Source: Adineta vaga
Taxonomy: Eukaryota; Animalia; Rotifera
Length of the DNA stretch: 64,000 bases
NCBI GenBank assembly: GCA_021613535.1
Contig: CP075496.1
Coordinates: 11,966,001 to 12,030,000 of the forward strand
Direction of reading: 5' to 3'
The position numbers and the translations under genes are program-made. Of this stretch, positions 1-12,319 are shown piece by piece (position 1 is the first letter of the stretch; each line of letters begins with the position of its first letter). A model generated the notes under the pieces. It was not told the DNA's origin, did no database searches, and saw only the letters and a program-made list of their open reading frames with translations.

Positions 1-1977
1 TGCTATATCAACACGATTCCATTCTAATGCTAGACGAAGTTGTTCACGTTTACGTTGCATATTTGTTTTACTTAAATCACTAACTGATGTAGCTAAAAAC
101 GAAAAGAAGATAATCTTCGGTAATTCAATTCTAACTTGATAGTTACCATTCAACAATGCTTGTAAAATAACTAAATCAATATCTGGTTCGACTGGATTAC
201 GTGAATTTAAACTAATTATATTTAGAAATCGTCGTCGTGTATGAATACATTCGTAAACTAATTCAAAATAATCAGTTGAATCGACTACACGAGCATTCTT
301 ATCTGTCGTTGTTGCTGAACTTTTGCGTGGTGTTTTACCACCTACACTTGTCGATGTATCACCTGTACCACTAATAGCTTGAAGTTCTTCTTTGAGTTCT
401 TCTCGAAGTTTTTTCTTTAAATCATCAAAACGTTTTGAAATAGTAGTAGGATCAGCGCTAAAAGTAAAGAGTTGTTTTTTTTCCAGAGAAATTCAGAAGA
501 GATTTTCGCTCTGCTTACTTTGCAGTTCCTTCATCATTAAGATCTAATTTTTGAAGATTGTCATTGTAGAGAAGATATGCTTTAGCAAATAGATCACAAC
601 AACGTCCTGTTCCTTCGAGAAAAACAGCTGGAATATTATTTTGAACAACAGCTTCATGAACTATAGTATTTAAAAAGAAAAAGAAGACAAATATTTGATT
701 CATTCTTGAAAAAACAAAAAGTAGTCTGTATTTATACCTGTTCGAACGGTATTTGGTCCTCCTTCAACAACAAGAAGAACAACTGGTACTGGATCTATAG
801 TATCGAGAAATTATTGTTTTAGAAGTAAATCAAATAAATGACATATCTTAATTACCTAATTGTTCTGATCTTACCGACGGAGCCCCTGATAAACTAGTAG
901 TTTGATTAGCTGCCTGTGTTACTGTTGTAGATTTTGATGCAAAAAAGCCACCAGAAATAGCTTGTTCGAGTTTTGCACGAAATGAGATTTCTCGACCATA
1001 TTTTCTTTCACTTCCATCATCGACAAAGATAAATTCTGTATGATTGGGTTCTAATGGTGCTTCACCTTTTTGTTCACTACGCGGTTTAGCATAATGAACA
1101 TTTGAGCCATGTACATCAAGTTGTTGAAAATCAGACACACAACCCCATGTTGCAATACCCTACTTATATTTCGAATAAGAAAAATTAATCTAGATGTTTA
1201 TTAAATTTACAATTAAATGAATTGGTCGAGAACGATCGGGATTTATTTGAACAATTTCGCCAACAAGTTTCATAATACCCGTATTCATACCACCAGTAAT
1301 AATCCATGCACCTAAAATTCAATCAAAGAATCGTGTCTTCTGATTGTACGAATGAAAAATGAAAATACTACTAGAGAAATCATATCCAAATTCGAAATTA
1401 ATCAAGTTCCTCTCTTTTTAGATATGAAAGTCTTTGCTTCATTATGAAATACTTCAAGTGCTATGAAATTCCGACATACAAACTATTTTCACTCAACATA
1501 CCAGTTGTTCGAGCAACTTTGAGAAGGCCTCGTCGAAATGCTCTTAATAGTTTTGGTTTCATATTGTACTCTTTTGCACCGCCAGTTACCGATATTACTA
1601 ATGATGGGCGCTACATAAAAATAATAACAACAATTAACAAAATGAAATATTCATACAGATGAACAACTTACTGCATGACACCATTGTTTAACGAGTAATT
1701 CTTTAACATGCATAACCGATGCATCTGGTGGTATACGAATAAATTCTGCTCGAGTAGACTTATTGTCAGGGACTTCAGAAAAAGGAAAAATCACATGAAA
1801 AAAAAAGGGTAATTTTATATAAAATTTATCCTTCTCACAAGTAACTGTGCCATGTGATTTCACACCAATCGATGTATACAATTGATTACTAACAGGTCGA
1901 CCGTGTGCTGGTACAAAGGTGGATATAAGTTTGTTCACATTATCGATAAGTAATGTTGAATTTGGTGCAGCTGTCAT
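1..1977 (-). CDS. TRPM-family cation channel, N-terminal part (MHR1/2 SLOG region); multi-exon, continues off the left edge
   Basis: Spliced translation shows TRPM motifs: SVTGGAK, FRRGLLKVARTT, AWIITGGMNTGIMKLVGE, GIATWG, LEPNHTEFIFVDDG, VPVVLLVVEGGP, IPAVFLEGTGRCCD, DIDLVILQALL, EQLRLALEWNRVDIA. Confidence 0.9.
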
Positions 1978-2366
1978 TGTCGAAATATGTATGCGTATGC
2001 GTTGAAAAACAACGCTCTAATCTTAAAAGAACAAAAATAAATGTAAAGAGAACAAGCCATAATATTCTTTTCTTCTCCTTTTAATCTGCTTACAGCTACT
2101 ATTATATTTCTTGTCCGTGTTCGATTGACGTCTATTTACTGTAGTTCGGTTCGGTCGAACTTCTATGCCTGAGAAATATTCAATAGACGTCAAACGAACA
2201 CATGTTTTTCAGGCACAAAAATAAATTTGATAATCATACATAATGAATCGAAAGCAAACGAATAAATTCACCTTGAAATATCAATTATAAATTGTTTGTA
2301 GTCTTAATTTACTTGGTTCATTATATATATTTCGAGTTTTTTCTATGATATGATTCATCATCACTT

Positions 2367-2410
2367 GCGGGCGGTCAGCCAATAAATGCCATTGATGAAT
2401 CAGCCAATGA
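2367..2410 (+). promoter_or_regulatory. GC box plus two CCAAT (NF-Y-type) boxes in the divergent TRPM/BAF promoter region
   Basis: GGGCGG at 2369-2374 and the repeated TCAGCCAAT with CCAAT at 2379 and 2404, about 110-140 nt upstream of the BAF ATG, in an otherwise AT-rich region. Confidence 0.5.
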
Positions 2411-2513
2411 GAAATCTTTTTTATGAATCATTTGCTTTCTATGGTTGACAGATGTAAAGAAAAGAAGACGTTTTTTCATTCATTTGTTCATTTCTATCGA
2501 TATACGTGACACG

Positions 2514-2846
2514 ATGAGTTCATCAACAACGCAAAAGTTTCGTGAATTTATGGCTGAACCTTTGGGTGATAAAGGTATTCGAGATATTCCCGGTATTGGT
2601 GATGTCCTTGGAACAAAATTATCTGAAGCTGGTTATGACAAAGTTTGTTTTTTTTTCTTCTTGAAAAACGATCGATTGATCGTTTGTTTGTGTTCTTAGG
2701 CATATACTTTATTTGGTAAATATCTACTATGTAATAAAGATCTTGAAGAATTTCAAGATTGGATACAAATTCAATGTGGTGCAAATAGTCATCAAGCAAA
2801 ATCAGCAGCACAAGCCTTTTCAGAATGGGCAGAAGCATTTATTTAA
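2514..2846 (+). CDS. BANF1: Barrier-to-autointegration factor (BAF), paralog 1; exons 2514-2642, 2700-2846
   Basis: MSSSTTQKFREFMAEPLGDKGIRDIPGIGDVLGTKLSEAGYDK|AYTLFGKYLLCNKDLEEFQDWIQIQCGANSHQAKSAAQAFSEWAEAFI aligns end to end with BAF (SQKHRDFVAEPMGEK...GIGEVLG...GAN..Q...EWCDAFL). Confidence 0.93.
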
Positions 2847-2960
2847 TAGATTTGTGTGTGTTTAAATATAAAAGAGAGAATTCAAGATGATATTGTGTTT
2901 TTTTTCTTTGTCGTTAAAATAAAAATTATTGTTTCATTTATTTCTAGATTAATATTAATC

Positions 2961-3294
2961 ATGTCATCGACAACTTCACAAAAATTTCGTGATTTTACTG
3001 GTGAACCATTGAAAGATAAAGTTCTCAATGAAATACCCGGTTTAGGACCAAAATTAGCAAGTAATTTAGAAGGATCTGGTATTACCAAAGTATGTTGTAT
3101 TTGAATGTCTTTCCATATTTATGAATTTTTAATTTCATTTTTTTCAGGCTTACGAATTATTGGGTGTTTATTTAACATTATTGAAGAATAAAGAATATTT
3201 TGAACTTTGGATTCGTGACAATGCTGGTGCCAATCGTCATCAAGCAAAACAATGCGCTGATGCTATCGATGCATTCTGTTCACAATTTCTTTAA
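2961..3294 (+). CDS. BAF-like paralog 2; exons 2961-3089, 3148-3294
   Basis: MSSTTSQKFRDFTGEPLKDKVLNEIPGLGPKLASNLEGSGITK|AYELLGVYLTLLKNKEYFELWIRDNAGANRHQAKQCADAIDAFCSQFL; same phase-0 intron position (K|A) as paralog 1. Confidence 0.9.
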
Positions 3295-3439
3295 ATTACT
3301 TTTTGCTTCATTTTTGTGTTTCTCGTTTGTTCTATGTATAGATGTGTAAAAAAGATTCAAAATAAAACATATCTTTTCTTTTCTTTTTTTATATCGTTAT
3401 CTCTATTCTCTGAAATGAATTTTTTTTATAGATATAAAG

Positions 3440-3955
3440 ATGAAATCTTTCATTGGTACAATTCTTATTTTTGCAATTTTTATTGATGGTAGATTAAGTT
3501 TGAAAAAGTTCATTTTTGTTAATATTCATTTTTTCTGCATTCTAGCGTCAAATTCATTAAGTTGTTTTGTATGTGATTCAAAAGAAGATGAACATTGTCC
3601 AGAAACATGGACGCGAAAAGATATTCTACCTGTTGAATGCGGTGGACCTGATGGTGTACAAGATGCACGATTTTGTATAAAAACAATCGCTGTTTTTGGA
3701 GGTTTGATATATTTATATTTTTCGTTAAAATTCACTAATATTATTCATTTTTAAGGTGCTGTGGCTACAAAGCGTTTTTGTAGTTCTCGTCATATGGATA
3801 ATCAATGTATTGAAGTCAAATATCCTCAAGATGAAAAAATGTATTATTCATGTACATATACATGTTCAAGTGATGGTTGTAATGGAACATCTCGTTTGAG
3901 TGTCTCATCATTTTTTATACTCTTCCTTATTGGAATACACATTATTCGTGTTTAA
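3440..3955 (+). CDS. Ly6/uPAR three-finger (quiver/sleepless-like) GPI-anchored protein; exons 3440-3488, 3546-3701, 3756-3955
   Basis: Signal peptide, LSCFVCDS..DEHC start, ten-Cys pattern ending TCSSDGCN, and a hydrophobic C-terminal GPI signal. Confidence 0.85.
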
Positions 3956-4511
3956 TTCTTTGTGTCTTTTTCCTTTTTTTATGAATATTACATTCGACAT
4001 TCCACTTTTTTTTATATCGATACATTTTTTGCTGAATGTATATTTGTATAAGTTAGTTTAGTAGTTTTTCTGTCATTATACAACACTGCTTTTTTTGTAT
4101 GAATAGACGATATCATAGTTTCATGATTAAATAATATTATTCAGATATACTTACCAACTCGAGAAGTCTTGTGATAGTTCGTCATTATCAAGAGCAAACG
4201 TCTACACAAGAATTTCATCCAATATTTCCGTGAATATTCTATCTATGTGTGTTTCTTTTTCTTTTATTCAGATAAATAAATAAGATAACGATAGATGCAT
4301 TAAAATAACGGAGAAAATAACAACGAGAATAAGAATGCTCCTTATATTATTATTTTTTTCTTGCACAAATTAACCGTTTGACTGTTCAGATAAAAGACAA
4401 GATCAACAATAAAAGGAGAAAATACTAATAATGAACAACATTCAGATATAAAGTAAAGACCCATTCAATAAATAAAACAAAAAACAAACAACTTATTCTC
4501 TTTGCGACTTT

Positions 4512-7500
4512 TCATTGAAGAATATTACGAACTTCTCGATGTAGATGATAGAGAAAATCAACATATGATGCACCATTGGTAAGACCTTTATCTTCGACCA
4601 GATAGTTTCGCATAAATGGTTCCATTGAATCACGTTGTTGAATAACAAATAACTAAAAAAAAATATAAACGTTTGAACACCATTCTCTTTTTCTTTTCAA
4701 TACACATACTTTCATATGAGAATTTCGTTCATCACGAATCATATTTAATAATGCTCGAACATTCTTTGATAATGGATTATCAAGTTCGATGACACGACAC
4801 TAGAAAAAACGAATCGTTTCTTCATATAGATCGAAATTACAAATAAAGTGTGTCTACTTTTTCTGGTTGAATCTGTGATACTGTTTGAAGACCAAATACA
4901 TATTGCACAAATGCTGGATCAAGTTGACTACCAAGCCAGATATACATAACAAGACCATTCTCTAAAATTATATAGATTTAGATTAGAATTTTCATGTAAA
5001 AAAGTTTGTATATACAGTAAGAATTCTCAACAATCTCGATAGTTTAGAAACTTACCGATAACATAGGCTCCTGTTTCTGAGAGATGTTCATATAAACATC
5101 GAATCATTCGAGGTGGAATATGAATTTCTTCTAATGTATGCTAAATATATAATTCAAATAGAAAATTAGTCTCTTCATTGATAATCTACAAACCAATGCA
5201 TAGATTCTTGGATAAATATATGCCGATGTTCCTTTGATATTCATTGACATCAATCGATGAATTAACCAACTTCGATCATCAGTCATTAATGTTACAGCTA
5301 AATACGGAATACAGTATCTTCATGAATAAATCATATAACAACGTTTTTTTCTACATACTTCCAGTTAAAACATCAGACTTAATTAATGAAGATACGTAAA
5401 CAGGTAGTAATTTTAATGTGTCTGGTAGAATTAATTGTCCTGCTGCACTTCCTTGTGCACAATTTTTTCGATAACAAGCTAGCATATTCGCAGCTTGTGT
5501 TATTATACTATCACGTATACTTTTCGGTGTTGATATTAACACGGAACGAACAGCTAGATACATAAATTATGAAAATAGGTATCGATGATTTTGGTTTTTC
5601 ACTCACCAACTTTTGTCGTATAATTCATTATAGTATCCAGATCACATACTGGATAAAGTGATGTATATGAAGATGTAACTGTTAATGCTAGTGTTATAAT
5701 TCTTAAACGACGTTGACCAGATATACTGGTGTAAAGTAAAGCAACCTGTTTTATATAGAACATAAAAAATAAAACATTTCAATGAAAGAAAATTAATATA
5801 ACTTACTTGAATGTAAGTGTTACTATCAGCAGTTAGTTTATCATCATGTTTTATTTCAACAGAGACTGATTTATCGGCATCAATAGTACCAAATATCATC
5901 TCAGTTGCGTTTGTCATATAGAAATTACCAAGAAAATCAATAGGTCGAATTCCTAGAAAGAAATTTGTATTTTATGTTCGTTTATGAATGATTAACAAAT
6001 TGATCTTCATACCTGTACTTGTTCGTACACGCATTAATGCATCAAAAGCAGTCGATCGTTGAAAATTACGTCTTAATTCATCTAATAAACGTTCGCCATC
6101 ATTCTCAATCTTGCAAAAACAAGACATTTCTTTTATGTTTTTAAGTCCATATCGAAAAACTTACTGAAAAAAAGTTAAATTTATAAATCTGTCCACCAGA
6201 TACACGACAAACTTCGCCAACCGTAGCAAGATCATAATAAGCATTAGGAAATACAAAGAGATCAACAGCACAACCAGTTTGAGCACATTCTTCACCAAGT
6301 TTAGTATAGATATTATTCACTGGAGATAGTAATGTCTATTTAAAAACAACAGCCACAATATAAAATTGATGATGAGAATCGAATATTAAGAAAAGAACGA
6401 ACCTTTTCTTTCTCAGTTCCCAGTGCTTTTTTATCATCTCGATTTGATAATTTTCCAGGTGCTACAGCAATTGGTAATGTTGTCGAGAATATATAAATCT
6501 TACCAGAACAATTTGCACCCTAAATATTCGTACGTTGATTCTATTTTTCTAATAAAAATATTTCTAAATGTTACTTTTAATGCTTGAATACCAGCTTCGA
6601 TGACTGGTGCTAAAATAGTTTCTGTTTCTTGTGAATTTGCAAATGTTTTTGGAATTTGATCAAGTAAACTATTGTATAAACAGCACAACGATACATCTAT
6701 TAGAGATGATGATGAAAATTCACTTACGTATTGATTACTCCACGAGAATTTTGAGGTGAACAAAGGAAACCATCGAGTAAAGGTACAAACATTTCTTCAA
6801 GATCAGAAACGACCATCATTTGTGGTTGTCCAAGGGAATCCTAATCGAATAGAAATAAATAATATTCGTTTGTTCATACAATATATTTAATACACATAAA
6901 ACAACAATGAGACAATGTGCTTTTAGATATACATCAGAAAACACTTAGATAAAGGAAAGAAACATGCTACTATACACACGTACACAGACTCTATTTTACT
7001 TGCCCCCTATAAAATAGTTGGTCAAAATCAATGATTAGATAAAGAAAGTATAAAAATCGATCATCTTACTCTTATATTGTAAAAATGAATTTGTTTATCA
7101 AATGTTGCAAAGCCAACGCGTACATTAGATGTTTCAGTATTTTTATCTCTATATAATACTTAATATGCAAGAAATAACAATTGAATTATGAACATACTTT
7201 GGTAAATAATCAAGAAGATCAGTTTTTAAGATATGACAAATATAATCTACCAAACCACTACGAACGCTATTAAAAGAGACATCAATCATAAATATAAAAG
7301 CCGGTGGTTCAGGCCATTTTTCGTCCTAAAAAATCGACGATAAACAAAAATTGGCAAACAAGTCAATAAGAACATACTTTACAGTATTGTTTTGTTGCTA
7401 CAATCTCATATGAACCAAGACATAATTCAGGTCTTTGATACCAATCTGTACGACGACCACTATGATCAAGATGATTGAAATATTCATTGGCAACTGAAAA

Positions 7501-8646
7501 GATACAAGTAGATATTAATTCCAGTATAAAAATGTTTCTTTTTCACAACTGACCATCTGTTGTAGCGTCACAAAAACAACAAACAAAACGTTTTCCACCA
7601 TCAATAAATTGCATAAATGAACACATATATGCTTTACATCGATGACATCGAACGGGACCAACTTCACCAAAATTACTGAGTGGTGGTTCCAACTAAATAA
7701 AATTCAGTCTTAATTTCAAGATAACTAATCAACCAATATTACTTCATCCGTTCGCAGATCTGCTAATGGTGAGATAGATAGAGCAATTGGTATTTGAGAT
7801 TGTTTAACCATCTCCGCTGTATTGGGTACTGCGTATGTAGTCGAACGCATCAAACGTGGATTACAACTACCTTGATCTTGACAAATGAAATCTGTTCCGA
7901 CTAACGGTGGTAATAAGCCAGGAGCATTGGTTGTGAAAGGTTCTTGAATCTTTTCTTGACTTTGTTCAAGTACATGAATCTATTTTAGTATGAAAATATT
8001 CATTATGAACGAATTTTTATGATTTTCGTTTTCAATATAAAGAAAATCATACGTACAACATTAGGTAACATTTCTGGATCAATTCGAGTTTGTGGATATT
8101 GTGATTGTACTGGTCCACTTAAAGGTGTTGGGCCGACATGTGCATTTAGTCCATTCGTTGGAACAACAGGCATTGACGATGGACCATGAAGATTAGGATA
8201 ATTAGATGGGGATGGATAGTTTGTCGATGATCGTGTTGGTTGCATAACTGGTGGAAGTAAAGGAGGTTGACCGTTGGTATAGGCAGGGATATTACCCGTA
8301 TTTGATGGTTGTGAGCCATGAATTGGAGGATTCATTGTTGTCATTGTCAAAGTAGGTCCATACTGATTCGATGATGATACTAATCCTGAGTTTATATATG
8401 GATGTTGTGCTGGTGGTTGATCTAAACGATGAGAGGATGTGTTTTTAATATCCATATTGTAACAGACTCACTCATTCCACTTGTCATCATTGGCGGTTGT
8501 ACAGGCTGAGATGGATAAGATGGTTGGAAATTAGGTGGTAATACAGGTGGTTGAAATTGATTTGTATACATTGGAGATGCTGACGACGGCATCGTTGAAG
8601 GGAGAGTAGCAGTATTGTAATGAGAGGGTGGTGGTCCAGCAAGCAT
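4512..8646 (-). CDS. SEC24C: COPII coat subunit Sec24C/D; multi-exon
   Basis: Pro-rich N-terminus, [15 protein letters not shown], zinc finger [13 protein letters not shown]...[65 protein letters not shown]-terminal [18 protein letters not shown] versus D paralog not resolved. Confidence 0.93.
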
Positions 8647-9192
8647 TATTTATTTCTATTAAAAAAATATCTATAGAAAAATCGTAGCATTTATAACGAA
8701 GTTTTTATAAAAAAAAATCATATTTATGACAAGCTGGCAAATTGTACACGTTGTTCTGTACAGCACAGTAATGATGTGGCTGTCATAACGCAGAGAGTGT
8801 TTGCGTGGACGTTTTTCTATTGGTTGATCATTACCATTTTAGCATAGAAGATTTAAGCAATAGGAATAGAATGCTTTTCTCTACACGGACAATTAATAAA
8901 TACTAAGTTCACATTTAAAGAAAATGTTCTCGAAATGTTAAAAAAATTGATCACACGAACACGTTATATTCAAGGTAAAATAATGGTACTCAACGACATC
9001 TAGTACTGCTTCGTGTTCTGAAAGAAAGGAAGGATTTCGATCAAGTTTCTTTCTCTCTTCGTCATTAGCTTGATTTTCTTTTATTTAACAATAAAATTTA
9101 TATATAATATAAACAAAAAAAAATAAATGATCATTTCAATTCATAGTATAAATGTGTACAAATATCGAAAACAGTTCTATAGATAAATTAAA

Positions 9193-11898
9193 TCATGAAT
9201 ATAACGTACAAAGCCACGATTCATAAGGTTGAATTTCAAATTTAACAATACTAGCAATCAACCATTCTGGTTCAATACAAAAGATATTAAATTTTTGACA
9301 AGCTTGCTGCAAAGCTGGTTTATTTTGAAGATAAGTTTTTGAACATAAAATTATAATTTGTCTTCCAGTATTATCAATATGTTGATTCAATGTTTTTAAA
9401 ATCAGACCACCAGATAGATGTATCAATTCAATTAATGGTCGATTATCGAGAAATGGTTGACAACCATGACATTTCAAATGAAATGCATAATTAGCTAATA
9501 AATGATAATTATTCGAATAGTTTAAACATGATCGTGACATTCCATGATGTTCATTATAGATTGCATCACCAATGATTTCATATGTTGGTATTTCATCAAT
9601 ATAACGTTGTTCAGTTAAACAAGCTGTTAACCATCGATATGAAACAATTTTGAGATGACGTGTTACAGCTTGTAAGACTTTTCCAGTTAATGGACAGATT
9701 AACGAATGATTTTCATCTTCATCAGTTATTAGATGTGTCGTAGTATCATCGATAGATGTTGATGAACGAACAGAAAAACGTTCAAGAAAACGATTGAATT
9801 CAATCTAAGAAAATAACTAGGTAGAATCGATGACAATGACAAAAGAAAATGTTCTACTTTTTGATGATCTTTCAATGCCGTCATTGTTAAAACTAATGAT
9901 TGAAATTTTTTTTGATCATCAGAAGATATTGGTGATGATTTATTCTCTGTGACATCTTGTCTTGAATCAATATTGATTTGTATCGACGATCCATCTGATT
10001 TTTTCGAATTCTCATAACGAGTTTCATTTATAACCGTTGATGTATCACGTTGAATAAGTGATGATCGTTGTGGTTCAAGTTCTATTATCGAAACAGGATC
10101 AATCTTATTGTTGACAACATAAGTTTCATTTATTTGATTATTATTCTAAAAAATCAAGATAAATACATTACTACGTATTATTCAATAGAGATGTATTACA
10201 TTTTGAACGGTAAGAGTATCAGCTTGAATTGGAAGTTCGATTTCATGAATGATTGGAGTTGATTCAGATGATGAAGTTTGATGATTTCTTAATTGTCGTT
10301 TATTATTCTTTCTAGTTGAATTGGTTATCGTTGTTGAAGATGGATCCGGTGGTGTTATAGTAATAGAATTACGAAAGAATATTGCCATGCTAGCCATAAA
10401 TAATTGTTCGGAACGTGTATAAATCTGAACACATGGACATACACTAACATCATTACAATGATGATGAGTTGGTTGATAATCATCATCAGTTTGAGTCGAT
10501 ACGGAACATCGCATTGTTTGAACAATTGATGTAGGTGTCATCGATGTTTCTTGATCTTGTCGATTAGATGTTACTTCAACTGATGGTTGTACGACTGATT
10601 GCTCATTTGATCGTTTTGGTTCGAGATTCGTCATTTGAATGATGGATGATGTTGATTGTATTGGAACATTCTCTGAACTTATCATTGTTGTATTCATCGA
10701 TAGTGTCGATAGAGCGAGTAATGATGGTGGTAATGGTGTTATTAATGGAATAGATCGATGAGCAGCAATGTAAGTTGAATTCAAAGGCATTGCTGGTGAA
10801 AGAGGTGCAGCCATAATGGATGAAATATTTAATTGATTTTCTTGTCTTTCTTCTTCATTTGTTTCTTCTGGTTGAATAATTGATATTGATGGAACAGATG
10901 GAATTGGAAATGTGAATAACACTGGTTGCATTAAAGATGAAGATGGAAGAAGAAGAGGTGGTGGAGATGCATTCATAGTAGTTAAAATTGGTTGTAATTG
11001 TGGTTCATCAGGTGGCTGCTCTTGCTCTTTTTCTTCGAATTCTTGTATTTGTGATGGAACACTATCTGAAGCAAATTCAAGTTCATCAAGTTGCCTTTCT
11101 AAATGGTAAAACATAGTTCAAATTCGCAAAAGATTCATTTTTTGTGTGTGTAAATCTATTACTTGAACAAAGACATGCACGACGACGTTTATTTGCTGGA
11201 ATTGTTAATTGTTGATGATCTAGAATAGGCAGATAGATTATGCTGCGACAATTAAAACTTCCATCATTATCTACCTTTTGATTCACAACGAGGATGGCAA
11301 GTTCCAGTTGTTGTTGTTGTTGTTGTTGTTGCACCTACATGAGCATGCGCATCGTTTGTATCCAATTGATGATTACTACGTTCATGATCTACATACAACA
11401 TTTAACAATATCAATAATCTTTTTCTATATATCTTGTTTACCTGTTTCCGTCGTACTAGGTATTCTTTCTGTATTATTATTATCGTCTATTCAATTATCA
11501 AATGAATAAAATGGAAACAGATGTGCAAATAAAAATTTACCAGTTCGTTGCCGTTTTCTTAAAATTGATGGAGAATGTTCTCTTTCGATCGCTACATTTG
11601 TTTTTTTGTCTATTGGTTTGCCTGGTCGTTTTTTGACATCCATCATTTTTGTTTGAACTAATTGTGTAAAACCATTATTGGGATGATTTTCTTTTTCAAC
11701 CATATTCATTAAATGATCGGCATCACGTGTATTTGAACGTGTACGTTTTTGAGCATCATTATTTGCTTGTCGAATTGATGTACGTCGTGGCTTTTCATTA
11801 GATTTTCTTTTCTTAGAAACTTTCATTCGTGATTTACTACGTGTTTGTTTAGATTTCGAAACGGTCGGTGAACCTGTAAAATCATAAGGATCGACCAT
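9193..11898 (-). CDS. Tandem-BRCT protein (BRCA1/BARD1-like C-terminus) with a long low-complexity basic N-terminus; multi-exon
   Basis: C-terminal TTHLITDED...CPLTGKVLQAV...KIVSYRWL..CL...YEIIGD...HHGMSRS, then a second BRCT (LIELIHLSGG...IEPEWLIASI). The N-terminus is K/R-rich with NLS-like clusters. Confidence 0.8.
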
Positions 11899-12319
11899 TT
11901 TCTACAAAATAGACAAAAAAAGAAAAAGAATATTCATGCATATACATTAGAATTGTTAGCTTTGTGACATACATATTGTCATAGAGCTTATGTATTCATT
12001 TATTTATTGATAAATTGGAATTGAAATTTCTTCGGTTCTTTTTTGTACAAATACAAACCAAAAAAGAAAAGAAAAACCAGGAAATCTGAGTAGTTTATAT
12101 CATAATTATTAACAAAAAAAACTAATCAATAGTAGGAAACCAAGAAATAGAAGAAAAACCTCACAAACGCGCATACAAAAAGACAATAACAAATATTCTT
12201 TGAAGTTGCGTTTTTTTCTTAATACTGTAGTTAAGTTCATTGATTTGTATAATACCAATCGATTACACATACATTATATATATATACAAAAGAAGAGAAG
12301 AGAAGAAAGAAAACAATTT

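Noticed and set aside
8724-8786. 20-codon ORF upstream of Sec24 on the minus strand
   Set aside because: It lies upstream of the acceptor preceding the Sec24 ATG, so it is probably removed from the mRNA; no recognisable similarity.
11086-11509. ORF-track poly-Q, poly-L and poly-C peptides
   Set aside because: All are alternative readings of one (GTT)n repeat. The spliced BRCT gene reads it as poly-Thr, and the apparent frame changes are ordinary introns.
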